From Eledone cirrhosa (lineage: Eukaryota): a DNA stretch of 64,000 nucleotides. The position numbers were made by a program, and so were the translations under genes. The notes below the pieces were generated by a model that worked only from the letters and a program-made list of their open reading frames with translations, made no database searches and was not told the DNA's origin. Location: NCBI GenBank assembly GCA_964016885.1, contig OZ024740.1, forward strand, positions 134,044,001 to 134,108,000, read 5' to 3'. This document shows, piece after piece, positions 10,922 to 23,300 of the stretch; position 1 is the stretch's first letter; each line of letters opens with the position of its first letter.

Positions 10922-12745
10922 TCACTCACCCTTCGCCTCCTGGGGACCAGGCCGCACGATTTCCATGGGGGTGTTGGAGGGGTTGTCTGGATGGGTGGTG
11001 GTTTCCGGCGGGGTGAGGACGCAGATGTTTGGTGGGGTGGGGTCTGGTGGGATGGGGGTGTCTGGGGTGGGGAGGCATTTGAGAAGGACGCGGTTGAGTG
11101 GTTTCACGCAGGAATTCCCCACATCCTTCTCAAATGTTTCTTTTAGGGACCTATAAGTTTGTATAGGGACCCTAATCAGTTTTAGGTTCATTTTTTTGCT
11201 ATTTTTTATAGAGTGGGCGAAAGTTTTCCCTTCGGTGAAAGCCGAAGGGTCGTTCGTAATGGTCTCCATTAGTGTTTTGTTTTCAGTGTTTATGTAAGTG
11301 TAAGTGTAATTTTCTTGTGTTGTGTTTGTTTTTGTCTGTAGTTCTTGTGTGTGCTTTCGTTTTGTTGTAGGTATTTTGTTTTCAGGAGGTGGGGGTTTTG
11401 TTTGTGATATTTTTGTTGTTTGTGTTGGTGGTTGTATGTTTGTGGTAGTGTTTGCTGGTTTTTTGCTTTTGTGATGTCTTTTCTTTCTTTTCGAGCGATG
11501 GGGTTCTCCCTCGTCTTCACTGGGTGATGGCGAGATAGCCTCATCTGTTGTATCGTCTGTGTGATTGGGGAGGGGTATGTCTTGGGGAGCTGTTGTGTCT
11601 GTATGTGATTTTGCAGTGGTTTTAGGTGGAGTGAGGTTGGGTGGGACTGTGTTTGTTGTGGTTATTTTTGTGTGTTGGTGTTGTTGTTGTAGTGGTGGTG
11701 TTGGTGGTTGTGTTGTTTTGATGGGTGTTGGCAGAAGAGCCTTTTTTTGGTTCATTAGTTTAGGACAGGAAGCCCTCAGGTGACCCCTGCTAAAGCAATG
11801 GTAACATGAAGGCCGCCTACCCTCAACCGAAAGGTTTATGTAGGTAAGTCCGTCCAGGAGTACACGCTGTGGGATCATAGCTATTCGCTCTGGGCTCATT
11901 TGCACCAGAACTTCAATGCTAGTCCCATTGAATACATCTCTGGGGGACTTGCCTACTGACAGTATTCTGTCTTCATCAAAATTGATGAAGCCGCACAGTA
12001 TCCACCATATGTTCACCTTTGGTGTGACACTTGTGATTCTGATCTTTTGTGTCCTTTTTCCCATGTATGTAGGGAAAAAGGTGTACAGGTTGGATACAAT
12101 TGGCGACACAGAGTAATTTTGGGCCGTCAATTGATCCTTCATCAGTACCGAAATACTCCCAAAAAGTTTGCTTCTTTGAATGAATGCAATATCATTCATT
12201 GAATCTTTGAAAACCAGTTCAATATCTTTCTGTGACAATTGGACTGGTTTTCGGGTAGAATTGGATACTGTCCTAAAAACTATCGTTTTGAGAGCAGTTT
12301 CCTTGCGAATTTCTACCGGAGAATTGATGCTGAAAGCACCATTTTTTTCGAAGGTGACATATCTCTTAGCGTCCTTTAAAAGGTGTTCAGCATTTGTTAT
12401 GTCGAGATATATCAATTGTTCTTTCTTTTGAACTTTCTCCGCAAAGGAGATTTTTGGTTTCTTTGTGGAATCCGTATTGGTGGTGTTGTCATTATTGTTG
12501 TTATTCTTGTTTTTATTCTTGTTGTCACCGATGTTGGTATCATCCGTATTTTCCTTGGTGTTGTTGTTGTCTTTGATGCTGGTGTTATTGGCGTTGTCTT
12601 TATTTTTTTCTTTGTTGTTGTTATCATTGTTGCTTTTATCATCATTATTGGTTTTGCTGTTATTTTTGTTGTCATTGAGCTGTTTGGTGTCATTTGTGTT
12701 GTTTGGATGTGAATTCGTTTTTTTATTTTCATTTTGTCTTTCCAT
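10922..12745 (-). CDS. LINE ORF1 gag-like protein, 607 aa
   Basis: Lies just upstream of ORF2; CCHC knuckle CYHCFSRGHLRASC; Asn-rich N-terminus, Pro/Thr/Lys-rich C-terminus. Confidence 0.9.
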   Translation of the reverse strand: MERQNENKKTNSHPNNTNDTKQLNDNKNNSKTNNDDKSNNDNNNKEKNKDNANNTSIKDNNNTKENTDDTNIGDNKNKNKNNNNNDNTTNTDSTKKPKISFAEKVQKKEQLIYLDITNAEHLLKDAKRYVTFEKNGAFSINSPVEIRKETALKTIVFRTVSNSTRKPVQLSQKDIELVFKDSMNDIAFIQRSKLFGSISVLMKDQLTAQNYSVSPIVSNLYTFFPTYMGKRTQKIRITSVTPKVNIWWILCGFINFDEDRILSVGKSPRDVFNGTSIEVLVQMSPERIAMIPQRVLLDGLTYINLSVEGRRPSCYHCFSRGHLRASCPKLMNQKKALLPTPIKTTQPPTPPLQQQHQHTKITTTNTVPPNLTPPKTTAKSHTDTTAPQDIPLPNHTDDTTDEAISPSPSEDEGEPHRSKRKKRHHKSKKPANTTTNIQPPTQTTKISQTKPPPPENKIPTTKRKHTQELQTKTNTTQENYTYTYINTENKTLMETITNDPSAFTEGKTFAHSIKNSKKMNLKLIRVPIQTYRSLKETFEKDVGNSCVKPLNRVLLKCLPTPDTPIPPDPTPPNICVLTPPETTTHPDNPSNTPMEIVRPGPQEAKGE

Positions 12746-12787
12746 CTCTATAGTATCTAGTGAAGAAGACGTTGTTGACTGCGAGCT

Positions 12788-15092
12788 TCCTCACTAGCGT
12801 GACTACGCCCTTGGTCACAGCACAGGGAATTCTCCCGTTTTGTTGCCAGTTGCAGTAGACCGCCTCGAGGAGTTCGGGGAACAAGTCCGGCATAGCTAGA
12901 TACAGTTCGTATGGAAGACCATCGAGACCCGGGGATTTGCGTTTGCCGCATTGGCTCAGCACGTCCTCTATCTCAGCGGCCGAAATCGGCTCCTCGCAGG
13001 ACTTCGCCTCCCTGTCCGAGAGGCGCGGCAGGCCGTCGAGGTATGGACCGAAGTCCACGTTCCCAACCGGCTCCCCGCCCCTCCCGAACAGTCGGGCAAA
13101 GTGCCTTTGAAAGGCCTCACACATCTGCTTAGGCTCAAGAATCGCTCGTCCATCCAGGTCTCGCAAAGACCGGATGGTGGATTTAGTTCCACTGTTGGCC
13201 TCTGTCACGCGGGCCCAGCTAACAGCTTTGGTCCCCTCGTTCCCTAGAGCACGTATTTTACTTCGGACAACGCAGCCTTCGTGCTTCGCGTCGAAAAACT
13301 GGCTCAAAGCCGTTCTCGACGCTAGCACTCTGGCCACGTCGCCGCTTCTAATTGCCTCTTCTACTCTATCTATTAGCTCCCTTTCCTTCCTATTCCTATC
13401 CGCAGCTAGAACCTTACTAAATTCTATCGAGACTACTCTAATCTCTCTCTTTAGAGATACCCACCACCTGCTGTTGACGATCGCTCCAGTCAACCGTTCC
13501 TTAACTAACGTACTAATCCGATTCCTGTAGGCTCTACTTGCCGGCAAGGACAAGTTGAGCTTCCAGTAACCGGGGCCCTGTCTATGAGTTCTGTCAAGGT
13601 TGACCATGCAGGTCACTAATTTGTGGTCTGAATAGCCAAACATGCGCATTTTTGGACAACTTAAAAAGTCCTTATCCTTAATTCTAACTAAGAACCTATC
13701 TAGGTACGACCTAGATGATCCGCTACGATTTGCCCAAGTCCAGGTTGGCGCAGTCGGAAAATCTAGTCGATATCTATCGGCCAGGTCAAATCGACCGATT
13801 AACCCTTTGAGGCTATTACACCCCTCTCTATCGGGGCAGGCCCCTACGTAGTCCCAGCGTGCATCTAGGATACCATTCCAGTCCCCCACTAATAGCAAGG
13901 AGCGGGACGTCCCTAGAAAAGTCTCCAGACGATGGAAGAAGTCCGGCCGCATTGACCCGAAAGGGCCGTAGGCGGCTACCAACCTAAACGCTCCGCCTTT
14001 ACCACTGCCAAGGTCCAGAACCACTAGTCGACCCTCCGGGTCCAAATGTACCATCTGTGTTGCGAGACCCAGATGTCATCCTCCAGGTCCAGAAAACCTG
14101 TCAAAACCCACCATATGTCCATAATCGGCAGGATGGTGTGGATTTTTATTTTTTGTGTTCTTGTACCCATGTACGTAGGGTAGAAGGTGTATGCGGTGGA
14201 TGTGATTGGTTTGATGGACAGTTTCACTGCTGTGTCCCTGTCCTTCATGAGAATGGATAGACTCCCGTAGAGTCTATCCTTCTGAATGAAGGTGATGTCG
14301 TTCATGACGTCTTTTAAAACCAGCTCTATCTCGCTCTGTGATGGTTGAGCTGGTTTTTTACTTTTGTTCGAGATTGTCCTAAACATGACCGTGTTTAGGA
14401 GTCTCTGGCTTTTTAGTTCCGGGGGGGAATGGATTGTGAATGAACCATTTTCCCCGTACACTATATATTTTTTCGCATCCGCCAGTAGCTCCTTCGCTTT
14501 TGTTATATCTACTGGCAGATAGTCGAGGGTTTTCCTTGTCGTCTCGGCGAAGGAGAAATTTTGTTTGTTTGTGTTGTTGTTGTCGTTGGTGGTGTTGTTG
14601 TTATCATTGTTGTTGTTGTCACCGTTATTGGTCTTGTTGTTGTTGTTATTGTTATTGTTATTGGTGTTGTTTTCGTCCGTCGCATTGTTGTTGTTGCTGT
14701 TGCTGCTGGTTCTTTGGGTTGTTGCCATGGCAACGTCAAGTTGTCGGTTAACAGGTGGAGAGAATTCTTCCTCTGGCTGACCTTTCTTCTTGACCTCTGC
14801 TACTGTGACAGTGGCAGGGGGAAGCTGTAAGTTCATCTTCCCCTTTCCTCCTTCGAATTTTGGTGAAGAAGCTTCGGCCATTTAAAAAAATATTGACTTT
14901 TCAACAAGAAAAAATTTTTTTTTTTTTGTTTAACTATTTCGCCTAAAGGCGTAGAATATTTTGAGAGACTGACCAGATCAAAGTTTGACCTGGCAGTCCC
15001 TCTACAAAATGGTACAAAAATTAAAGTTATCAGACAAGAATTTCTATAGAAATTTAAACAGAACTTACTCAGAAAGTTATACGCGTGTGTCC
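12788..15092 (-). mobile_element. Tx1-type LINE, copy E: 5'UTR, ORF1 N-half, deletion near 14076, endonuclease-to-RT fragment, 3' end lost
   Basis: ORFs 14024-14881 (MAEASSP..., ORF1 homolog) and 12729-14054 (GDWN, YLDR, SDH, PGLDG). Confidence 0.88.
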
Positions 15093-18000
15093 AGTTTTTC
15101 TCCACCTGGAGGTCCGGTCCGAACCAGACCCCGAGCAGCTTCACCGGTCCCTCCGTCCAGCGTCCGATCTCGCCGTCGGAGGGCATCGGTTTGCCTCTCC
15201 ACGTTCCGAGTTGCAAACCGACAGACTTGTCCCGGTTCAGCTTGGCTCCTATAAACCATCGTATTCCTCCAGTAAGGTGCCGATTACTGCCCAATTTCCG
15301 AGGCACACGACACCATTACTGTCACGTCATCGGCGTAGGCCGACACCGCTTTCCGCAATCCCGGTTCCAACGGTATTCCCTGCAACAGCTCCAGCTTCAG
15401 CAGTAGTGGCTCGAGAGCCAGCACATACAGCAGGGAGGAGAGAGGGCACCCCTGTCGGATGGATTGCGCGATTTGGAACGGCTCCGAGAGGTAGCCGTTC
15501 ACCTTGACCCTCGAGCAGATGTTGCTGCTGTGCATTGCAGCAATCCAGACTCTGAAAACGGGTCCGAAGCCTGCCACCGCGAACACCGGATCCAGGTACC
15601 GATGGTCGACCCTATCGAACGCCTTAGATTGATCCAAGTTGATGAGGGCCCCACCAAAGCCGGGTTCGTTCCTTACCCTCTCTACGATGTATTCCATGAG
15701 GTGGAGGTTGTCGTGTATGGACCTGGACGGGATTGCGCATGTCTGAGCTTCTCCCACCAGGTTCCCGACGACAAGCGCCATCCTCTTCGCTAAGATCTTG
15801 GCCAAAATCTTTAGCTCTGTGTTTAGCAGAGTTGAGGGCCTGAAGTTATCTATGTTCTCGTCCTTCCTCACCAGCGTGAATACGCCCTTGGTCACAGAAC
15901 TGGGAATTCTCCCGTTATGTTTCCAGTTGCAGTAGACCGCCTCGAGGAGATCGGAGCACAAGTTCGGCATCGCTACATAAAGTTCGTATGGTAAACCATC
16001 GAGACCGGGAGATTTGCGTTTACCGCATAGGCTCAGCGCTTCCCCTATTTCAGCGGCTGAAATCGGCCTTTCGCAGGACTTAGCCTCCCCGTCCGAGTGC
16101 CGCGGCTACCGTCGAGGTATGGACCGAAATCCATGGCCTCACCCGGCCCGCCGCCCCTCTCAAACAGTCGTACAAAGCGCCGTTGAAAGGCCGTGCACAT
16201 CCGCTCAGGTTCAAGGATCACGCGTTCATCTTGGTCCTTCAAAGACCACTTTTTGCCTCTATCACTCGGGCCCAGCTAACAGCTTTGGCTCCCTCGTTAC
16301 CCAGAGCACGTATTTTACTCCTGACAACACATCCCTCGTGCTTCGCGTCAAAGAACTGGTCTATGGCCGTTCTTGACGCTAGCACGCCGGCCACGTTGCT
16401 CCTCCTAATCGCCTCTTCTACACTATCTATCAATTCCCTTTCAGTTAAATTCCTATCTGATGCTAATTCCTGAATAAAACCTATCGATTCTATTCTGTCT
16501 CTCTTGAGATACCCCACCACCTGCTGTTGACAATTGCCCCCGTCAACCGCTGCTTAACTAGATAACTAATCCGCTTACTGTAAGCTTTGTTTGTCGGTAA
16601 GGACAAGTTTAGCTTCCAGTAACCGGGTCCTTGTTTATGGGTTCTATCAAGGTTGACCAATCCGGTCACCAACTTGTGATCCGAATAGTCAAGCATGAAC
16701 ATTCGTGGACAGCTTAATATGTCCCTATCCTTATTTCTAACTTGGAACCTGTCAAGGTACGACCTAGATGTTCCGCTGCGATTAGTCCAGGTCCACAGTG
16801 GCACAGTCGGAAAATCTAGTCGATATCTATCGGCCAGATCAAATCGGCCAATTAACCGTTTGAGGCTGTTACACCCCTTTCGGTTTCCACCGAAGGGTCT
16901 TTGTCTAAAGTTTGCACAAGTGTTTTGTTGTTTGTGTTGATGTATGTGTACTGTTTTTGTTGTGTTGTGTTTGTGTTTGGTTGTTGTTCTTGTGTGTGTT
17001 TGCGTTTTGTAGTATGTGTTATGTTTTCGGGAGGGGTGGATTTTTTTGTTTGTGATGTTTGTTCTGTTTGTGCTAGTGGTTGTGTGTTTGTTGCATTTTT
17101 GTTGATTTGGTGCCTTCTTTTCTTTCTTTTTACAGGTTGAAAGGGTTCTCTCTCGTCGTCACTAGGTGACGTTGATAAGAGGTCCTCATCCGTGTTGTTG
17201 GGGAGGGGTATATTTTGGGGTTTTGTTGTGGTTGCTTTTGTATTTGTTTTAGGTGGGGAGAGGTTGGGTGGGACAGTGTCTTGTGTTATTATTTTTTCGT
17301 GTTGTTGATGTTGTTGTGGTGGTGGTGGTTGTGTTGTTGTGTGTGGGGTGGGGCATTTAAAAGGGGATAGGAAGCCCTCAGGTGACCACTTCTTGAACAG
17401 TGGTAGCATGAAGGACGCCTGCCCTCAACAGAAATGTTTATGAAGGCGACTCCATCTAGGGACACACGCTGCGGTATTCTTGCTATCCGTTCTGGTCTCA
17501 TTTGGGCCAGAACTTCAAGGCTATTGCCGCCGAATACGCCCCCGGTGGATTCGCCTATCGAAATGATTGTGTCTTCATCTTCTAAGAATCCCGTTAGCAC
17601 CCACCAAATGCTCGCATTTGGCCTATGCCCGAGATTCTTATCTTTTGAGTTCTTTTCCCCAAATATGTGGGGAAAAAGGTGTATGCTTTGGTTACAATTG
17701 GCGACACACAATATTTCTGTGCCGCCAATTCATCTTGCATTAAAACAGATATGTTTCCATACAGTTTCCCTTTCTGTATGAAAGCGATATCCTTCCAGGT
17801 ACTACTTAGGACCAGCTCAATTTCGCTTTTGGACAATTGAGCCGTTTTCCTAGTCGCGTTCGAAACTGCCCTAAAAATTACGGTTCTGAGGACTGTGTCC
17901 CTTCTAATTTCTTCGGGGGGGGGGGGGGGGATTGTGAATTCCCCACCTTCCCCGAAACTTACACAATTCCTTACTTCTTTCAGCAATTTCTTGGCATTCG

Positions 18001-18590
18001 AGATGTCCAGTGCCTTGTATGTCTGCGTTTCTCAGACCGCTTGTGCGAAGGAGACTGCAGTTGTGGGTCCGTTTTCTTTCGTGTTGTAATCATTGTTGTG
18101 GTTGTTATTCGTGTTGTTATGTGTTTCCTTTGTTGGTAATTATTGCTGTTGTTGGTTGTGTTGTTATTGTCAGTGTTGCTGTTGTTGGTTGTGTTGTTAT
18201 TGTCATTGTTGTTCTTGTTTGTGTAATTGATAGTTTTGGGTTTTCACCCATTTCCACAATTTTTTCTTTTGATTCCGTGGTGTCTTTTGCGGGAGTGAGG
18301 AGGGAAGGCTTACAGCGTTGTGCTGCTACCTTCTATCTATCACTTTCCTTGGGGGGCGTGGCATGCGTCGTATTAATGGCGTCCATTGTCACTAAACGAC
18401 TTTTTATCGACAACTTATAACTATTAAATTTCGCCCCAAAAAGTGGCGAAATTTATTTTACCCAATGTCTGCAGGCCCAGGCGAGGGGTTAAACACAACA
18501 AATAACAAATTACTTAAACAGACCTTCCGCTTCTCGTAATAAATTCCGACAAAATGCAGGAGCGAAATAAAAACACGTCTATCTTCTCCG
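15091..18590 (-). mobile_element. Degenerate Tx1-type LINE, copy A' (duplicate of A)
   Basis: 15830-18590 is nearly identical to 1-2760, including the same frameshifts and deletion; RT fragment with QGCPLS and YADD at 15284-15970. Confidence 0.9.
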
Positions 18591-18659
<69 letters not shown>

Positions 18660-18686
18660 TATAGATAAATAGATAGATAGATAGAT
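18591..18686. repeat. (GATA)n/(GACA)n microsatellite
   Basis: Read directly. Confidence 0.97.
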
Positions 18687-20022
18687 AAATTTCTTTATTA
18701 GCCACGAGGGCACAAAAGAATGGGACAAATACAAATGGGGAGTTTACATACAGGTATGTGAAAATAAAACTATTAATAAAACAACAAATAACAATTGAAA
18801 TCGCCAATAGGGGGGAGGCGTTACACAGGGGTTGTACATACACCGAAAAGAAATGTACAACCCTCATCTCCAGGAGCACCAAGAGAGAGTACTCCCTTCC
18901 TTTCTTCCTCTTTTTCCTTAACCTACAGGCTTATATAGAGAGAAGACCCAAACGCTCGAACCATCCTTGCCACATTCACCCACCTTTTATAAAATTTGTT
19001 GGGGTACACCACCTCTTTCTCCATCCTGATTCTTCTTCCAAAATGATATTTGAATAAAAAAGAAACAGTGTTCGCCGGAGAGAAAGGTGTCTGACCTCAG
19101 CCCTTTTAACCTCGTCCACCATATAACCTCTTTCACCATAGCCATAACACATAGGAAAACCGCCTCTCCTTCGTTTTTTGAAGTAGGGTGGCGGTTTGAT
19201 CATGACAATGGACTCGGTGGTCAACTGGATTGGTCCCACCCGCAACAATAGTCGTTCTAAATAGCTCCACAGGTCCAAAACGTTGAGTTGGTTTTCGGGT
19301 TTTGTTTGAGACTGTCCTGAAAACCAGTTTTCAAGACAGTTTCTCTTCGCAAATCTGAGGGAGACTTTATGAAGAATTATCCGTTCTCCCCAAAAGTTAC
19401 GTACTGTCTGGCGTTATTCAAAAGCTCATTTGCATTTGAAATATCCACAGGAGTATAGCTTACCGTTTTCTTTACGTTTTACGCAAACGATATTTTGTCG
19501 TTTACTTCCTTGTTGCAGTTATTGGTCTTGTTGTTGTTGTTATTGTCTTGTTGTTGGTGTTGTTTTCGTTCATAGTATGTTGTTGTTGTTGCTGGTGCCG
19601 CTGGTTGTGTTGTTTTTGTTCATTGTTTCACACTTTTGGTTTTGGTTTTTTCGCCATGGCAACGTCAAGTTGTTGGTCAGCAGGTGAACAAAATCCTTCC
19701 TCTGGCTGAACTTTGTCTGAGATATCTGCTACTATGACTGTGGAAGGGGGAAGCTCTAAGCATATCTTCCCCTTTCCTCCTTCGAATGTTGGTGAAAAGC
19801 TGTCGCTTCAGCCATTTTTTTAAAAAACGTTAGTTTTTACCAAAACATTTTTATGAACTATTTCGCCTAAAGGCGTAGAATATTTTGAGAGACTGACCAG
19901 ATCAAAATTTGAGCTGGCAGTCCCTCTACAAATTGGTATAAAAATGAATGTTCACAGTCAAGAATTTCTATAGAAATTTAAGCAGAACTTACCCAGCAAG
20001 TTTCACGCGTGTGTCCATCCCA
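18687..20022 (-). mobile_element. Chimeric deleted element B' (duplicate of B)
   Basis: Nearly identical to 2866-4200. Confidence 0.88.
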
Positions 20023-20023
20023 G

Positions 20024-20108
<85 letters not shown>
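20023..20108. repeat. (GATA)n microsatellite
   Basis: Read directly. Confidence 0.97.
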
Positions 20109-20109
<1 letters not shown>

Positions 20110-20372
20110 GTTTCTTTTATTTGCCACTAGGGCATCAAAAGTGGGACAAGTACAAAGGGGGGAGTTTACACAAAAAGGCGTCCTCAATAAGGAGGAGGCA
20201 ATAACAAAATATAAAAATAAAATAAGATATAACAAAAAATAAAATTTTTAACAAAATCCTCAATAGAGAGGAGGCGCCTTGGGGGGTCGCACACACCCCC
20301 GAAAAAAGTGTGCAACCCTTTTCCTCAGGAGCACAGAGAGGGGGTGCTCCCTCGTTCCTTCCTCTTTTCCAC

Positions 20373-23300
20373 CTACAGGCTTATGTAAAGAGAAGGCCCA
20401 TTCACACGGGCCATTCTCGCCACTTTCACCCACCTTTCATAAAAACGACTGGGGTGCAGCACCTCTCTCTCCATCCTGATCCTTCTTCCGAAATGATATC
20501 GGAAGAAACGGACCAGTTGTTGGCCAGAGAGAAAGGTGCCTGACCTCAGTCCTTTCAGACGCGTCCACCATACAACCTCTTTCGCCATGGCTATTACGCA
20601 CAGAAACACCGCCTCTGCTTCATCTTTGAAGGGGGGAGGCGGCTTGATCATTACAATAGACTCGGTGGTCAACCGGATCGGTCCCACCCTTGACAGCAGT
20701 TGTTCGACATAGCCCCACAGATCGGCTACGCCCGAGCAGTGTACCAATGCGTGTGCAACGGTTTCCTCGTCGCACACGCATCTGGGACAGATCTTTTTGG
20801 CGGGGTCCCTACCCGGGCGCCCGTGTCTGTAGAGCCTTTCTCGAACGGGTAGAGCCCCTCGGTAGCACTGCCAGGCCAGGGACTTCTGGAAGTTGTCCAT
20901 AGGTCCCGGGCTGAATGTCCTACCGAACAGGCTGGCCAGTTCGTCCTCCTCCATGTCTAGAGCTTCTCCGAGGGCGTCGTCGCACCTGCTGCGTACCAGC
21001 CCTCTATAGAATGTAGCGGTGGAGTCTCCACTGATAACCGGATCCGCCTGCCAGAGGGCGGTGAGCGCCTGGGCACACTCAGTGTGCCAGGCGCCCAGTT
21101 TTCTCGGTCTTTGCTTGACCCAGGATTGCAGTTCGGTGAGTGAGACGAGTCTGGGAAAGGTTCGTCTCACAAACGAGGCCCACACCGGTTGTCCGGTGAG
21201 GAATACGTAGAGGTGCCGTAGCCTTAATGCGTGTTTACGCATCATTAGCCACGGCATCCCCAGCCCTCCTTTCGAAGGGTGTTGACAGCAGATGGATCTC
21301 CTCACCATAGGAGCCCGCCCCTTCCAAAGGAATTGGAAGAGCGCGCGCTCCATCTTGGTGAGGGTTTCCCTTGGGCAGGGCACTACGGTCAGGCGGTAGT
21401 AGATGACGGACGCTATATAAGTGTTCGCCACCTCCGCCCGACCTTTCAGGGATAGTTTGCAACTGGCCCACTTCTGGGTCAGTGCAAACACCCTGTTCGT
21501 AACCTCCGCCCAGTTTTTCTCCACCTGGAGGTCCGGTCCGAACCAGACCCCGAGCAACTTCACCGGGCCCTCCGTCCAGCGTCCGACGACGCCATCGGAG
21601 GGCATCGGTCTGCCCCTCCACGTGCCGAGTTGCAAACCGATCGACTTGTCCCGGTTCAGCTTAGCCCCTGTGAACTTTTCGTACTCCTCCAGTAAGGTGC
21701 CGACCGCCTCGATTTCGGAGGCCGTCGACACCATTACTGTCACATCATCGGCGTAGGCTGACACCGCTTTCCGCAATCCCGGTTCCAAAGGGATGCCCTG
21801 CAACAACTCCAACTTCCGCAGTAGTGGCTCGAGAGTCAACACATACAGAAGGGAGGAGAGAGGGCACCCTTGTCGGATGGACCGCGCGATTTTGAACGGC
21901 TCCGAGAGGTAGCCGTTCACCTTGACCCTAGAGCAGATGCGGCTGCTGTGCATAGCAGTGATCCAGCCCCTGAAAACGGGTCCGAAGCCTGCCGCCGCTA
22001 GCACCGCATCCAGGTAACCATGGTCGACCCTATCGAACGCCTTAGATTGATCCAAGTTGATCAGAGCCCCACCAAAGCCGGGTTCGTTCCCAACCCTCTC
22101 TATGATGTATCGCATGAGGTGGAGGTTGTCATGGATGGACCTGGACGGGATAGCGCATGTCTGCGCATCTCCCACCAGGTTGCCCACGACAAGCGCCAAC
22201 CTCTTTGCTAGCACCTTGGCCAAAATCTGTAACTCTGTATTTAGCAGAGTTATGGGCCTGAAGTTACTTATTTCGTCCCCCTTGTTCTCGTCCTTCCTCA
22301 CTAGCGTGACTACGCCCTTGGTCACAGTACAAGGAATTCTCCCGTTCTGTTGCCAGTTGCAGTAGACCGCCTCGAGGAGATCGGGGAACAAGTCCGGCAT
22401 AGCTAGATATAATTCGTAAGGAAGACCATCGAGACCCGGGGATTTGCGTTTGCCGCATTGGCCCAGCACGTCCTCTATCTCAGCGGCCGAAATCGGCTCC
22501 TCGCAAGACTTCGCCTCCCTGTCCGAGAGGCGCGGCAGGCCGTCGAGGTATGGACCGAAGTCCACGTTTCCAACCGGCTCCCCGCCCCTCCCGAACAGTC
22601 GGGCAAAGTGCCTTTGAAAGGCCTCACACATCTGCTTAGGCTCAAGAATCGCCCGTCCATCCAGGTCTCGCAAAGACCGGATGGTGGATTTAGTTCCACT
22701 GTTGGCCTCTGTCACGCGGGCCCAGCTAACAGCTTTGGCCCCCTCGTTCCCTAGAGCACGTATTTTACTTCGGACAACGCAGCCTTCGTGCTTCGCGTCG
22801 AAAAACTGGCTCAAAGCCGTTCTTGACGCTAGCACTCTGGCCACGTCGCCGCTTCTAATTGCCTCTTCTACTCTATCTATTAGCTCCCTTTCCTTCCTAT
22901 TCCTATCCGCAGCTAGAACCTTACTAAATTCAATCGAGACTACTCTAATCTCTCTCTTTAGAGATACCCACCACCTGCTGTTGACGATCGCTCCAGTCAA
23001 CCGTTCCTTAACTAACGTACTAATCCGATTCCTGTAGGCTCTACTTGCCGGCAAGGACAAGTTGAGCTTCCAGTAACCGGGGCCCTGTCTATGCGTTCTA
23101 TCAAGGTTGACCATGCAGGTCACCAACTTGTGGTCTGAATAGCCAACCATGAGCATTTCTGGACAACTTAAAAAGTCCCTGTCCTTATTTCTAACTAAAA
23201 ATCTATCTAGGTACGATCTAGATGATCCGCTGCGATTTGACCAAGACCAGGTTGGCACCGTCGGAAAATCTAGTCGAAATCTATCGGCCAGGTCAAATCG

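Larger units (their letters stand above)
7214..12787 (-). mobile_element. Near full-length Tx1/L1-clade LINE, copy D (both ORFs intact, 5'UTR mostly lost)
   Basis: 3'UTR 7214-7450, ORF2, 33-nt spacer, ORF1. The 5' side is fused to an RT fragment at about 12788. Confidence 0.93.
15830..20330 (+). repeat. Direct segmental duplicate of 1-about 4440 (offset 15829 bp)
   Basis: Same ORF set at a constant offset (185 vs 16014, 1023 vs 16852); differs by a few SNPs and by G-run and GATA-tract lengths. Confidence 0.93.

Noticed and set aside
10896-10929. 34-nt GT..AG mini-intron that might fuse ORF1 to ORF2 in copy D
   Set aside because: Splicing would put ORF2 out of frame, the length is very short, and copy F has no AG acceptor
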